DNA of 62,998 nucleotides, counting the filler, from Octopus bimaculoides (taxonomy: Eukaryota), in assembly GCF_001194135.2 (NCBI RefSeq). It is 5 parts of 5 records of this genome, joined end to end, with 100 filler letters (N's around TTAATTAATTAA, not from the genome) between each part and the next. Parts side by side here need not be neighbours in the genome. Positions count along the whole stretch, not along the records: positions 57,363 to 62,998 come from NC_068984.1; 4 more parts are not named here. One strand, given 5' to 3'. This document shows, in pieces, positions 61,055-62,998 of this stretch. The notes under the pieces were generated by a model, which did not search any database, was not told the origin of the DNA, and saw nothing but the letters and a program-made list of their open reading frames with translations. The position numbers were made by a program, and so were the translations under genes. Each line of letters opens with the position of its first letter. Positions within the stretch are counted from its first letter, which is position 1.

Positions 61055-62803
61055 ATCCGTTAGGACTGCCTGCTGTCACCTCTTCTGTATGTGTTGGCTC
61101 TTGAGCCACTGCTGCGGAAATTGGAAGAGTTAAGTGGCCTCCCTTTCGAAATTGGACTCAGTAGGATAGTGTCGGCGTACACGGACGACGTCACCGTCAT
61201 GGTGTTGGAGGCATCCGAAGTGGAAACGGTGAGCTCCATTGTAAGAGAATATGAGTCGGTTGCAGGAGCCAAAATCAACGCCGACAAATCAGTGGGATTG
61301 CGACTGGGCATCTGGAGAGGCAGATCGATGCCATCAGACGGCGGCGTCAGACACTGGACTGACGGACCAGTTAAACTGCTCGGGCTCTGACTCAGTCCCA
61401 ACCTCCAGGTGGATAAGAATTGGGAGGCGGTGACGAACAGGGTGGTTTGTCTTACCCAGAAATGGGCAGAGAGGAAGTTATGCTTGAAAGGTTGGACAGG
61501 TGGCGAATGCCTATATCGCCTCTGTCATTATTTACCGGTTACTGCTTGATTAAACTAGAGCGTATCCTGTTTATTTTCTTGTGGAAATGACGAGTTCCAA
61601 TGGTCAGGCGGTCAGTGTGTTGTGATCTCCCTCTGTATGGCAGCTTAGGCATGCCATGGTTTTTAATGCGCAAACATGTACTCAAGTTGCGCCACCTGCA
61701 ACGATTTCCAGAAGTTTAACGTCTGTGGGCTCCGTTTGTGAGACACACCTTTCCGCAGCTCGTCTCCTTGAGGGAGCCGCAGTCCTGGACGAGGTTGGGC
61801 GCCTGGCACTTAGAATGTCGTCAGGCGCTCACTGGCCTCTACAAATCCGTAGGATCGGTGGTTGTTCCACTTTAGCTATATGCAGAGGATTAGTAGCGTA
61901 GAAGTGCGACGACGTAATCGGGGAGATCCTAGGTTTCGACGAAGTCGAACTGGCAAGTCTATTCCGGAGGTCTATCCGAGGTGGACTATTATGGATAATT
62001 TCCAGATGTCTTTGGCCTGGCAGTCTTACTAGGGGTGGGGGATTACCGGTTCGAGATAAACTCTATAGGCACGGTTGTGCTGTCGGACGGGCTTGTCGGA
62101 CGGGCTTGTCGGACGGGCTTGTCCGAGGTGCTCGTAGAGCGATGAAAATGTTCTGCATGCACTCGTTCAGTGTCCGGGCATTGTTGGTTTGTGGAGTTAT
62201 ATCGAACAGTTGTTATCGCGTGTAAGACGGATCCGTCTGTCAGCCAAGTCCGTAATGATGAAAGCCCTCCTTTAATCGGACAAGCAAAGCCATTTTTCCT
62301 TTGTATGGTGGCTGTGGTGAAAGAGGTTGTCTGGTGGACGAGACTGAAAGGAATGAGGACAGAAATATTCCTCTATGGTAAAGCTCTCATAGACCTTTTC
62401 AAGTTTCCCTTGAAAACGAACTTGAGGGTGGAGAGAGATTTGCTGCCCTCGGGTGATTTATCAAAAGTTGGGTGAAAGTTGTGAAAATGGTAAGAGTGGA
62501 TGTGAGTCGAAAGAAAAGAGTTGAAGAGGGTACTCATCCTTGGTATTTAGGGTGATTTTGGATGGTGAGGTTCCTTGATTATCTCTAGAGGTCCTCCTGT
62601 ATCAGGAGGACCTCATCACTATCACTTCTTTTCCTCTTCTTCTAGTGTCGTATACTATGTATACTTCCCTTTTTCTAATGTATACCGTGTATACTGTTTT
62701 GTTTTTTTTGCTTTATTTTAACATTCAAACATATGTAAAGCCCCACACTTTATGTCTGTCTTGTTCCCCTCATCCTTCGCCCCGGTGGCAAATAAGAGAA
62801 ATC
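61055..62803 (+). mobile_element. L1-Tx1 LINE, 5'-truncated ORF2 (RT, zinc-ribbon region) plus 3' UTR
   Basis: LSPLLYVLALEPLL..SAYTDDVTV..YESVAGAKINADKS..GPVKLLG; WAERKL; GRACPRC-like relic at ~62110-62135; 3' tail atgtctgtcttgttcccctc...ggcaaataagagaaatc. Confidence 0.9.
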
Positions 62804-62808
62804 ATTAC

Positions 62809-62855
<47 letters not shown>

Positions 62856-62916
62856 GCATCATCATCATCATCATCATCATCATTATTATTATTATTATCA
62901 CTATTATTATTATTAC

Positions 62917-62998
<82 letters not shown>
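62804..62998. repeat. (ATT)n/(ATC)n microsatellite
   Basis: Directly visible. Confidence 0.97.

Overview
This is AT-rich, microsatellite-saturated eukaryotic DNA. The SINE families resemble octopus/cephalopod repeats, but that is pattern recognition, not a database result. The window is not one contiguous locus: four identical 100-bp spacers (44 N + TTAATTAATTAA + 44 N) split it into five artificially joined segments (1-18585, 18686-40755, 40856-46798, 46899-57262, 57363-62998). No intact host gene, rRNA, tRNA gene or CRISPR array is supportable. Nearly all recognisable sequence is decayed mobile DNA: R4/Dong-type RLE LINEs in (TAA)n, a second RLE family in (CATA)n, L1-Tx1 fragments, three mariner families, Penelope-like elements (PLEs), a Helitron 3' end, a probable Sola-type transposase and at least three tRNA-type SINE families. 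Highlights: (1) a (TA)n-flanked PLE with a minimal hammerhead ribozyme, plus a separate 239-bp fold-back copy whose arm starts at the predicted self-cleavage site; (2) a ~2.6-kb ORF1-only (half-L1-like) Tx1 derivative encoding two tandem Gag/CCHC modules; (3) a 3' tail motif shared by that element, a Tx1 LINE and one SINE copy, suggesting a Tx1-driven network with SINE tail swapping; (4) an unclassified ~550-bp repeat embedded strand-specifically in (TAA)n. Boundaries were read by eye and may be off by a few to tens of bases unless stated as exact.
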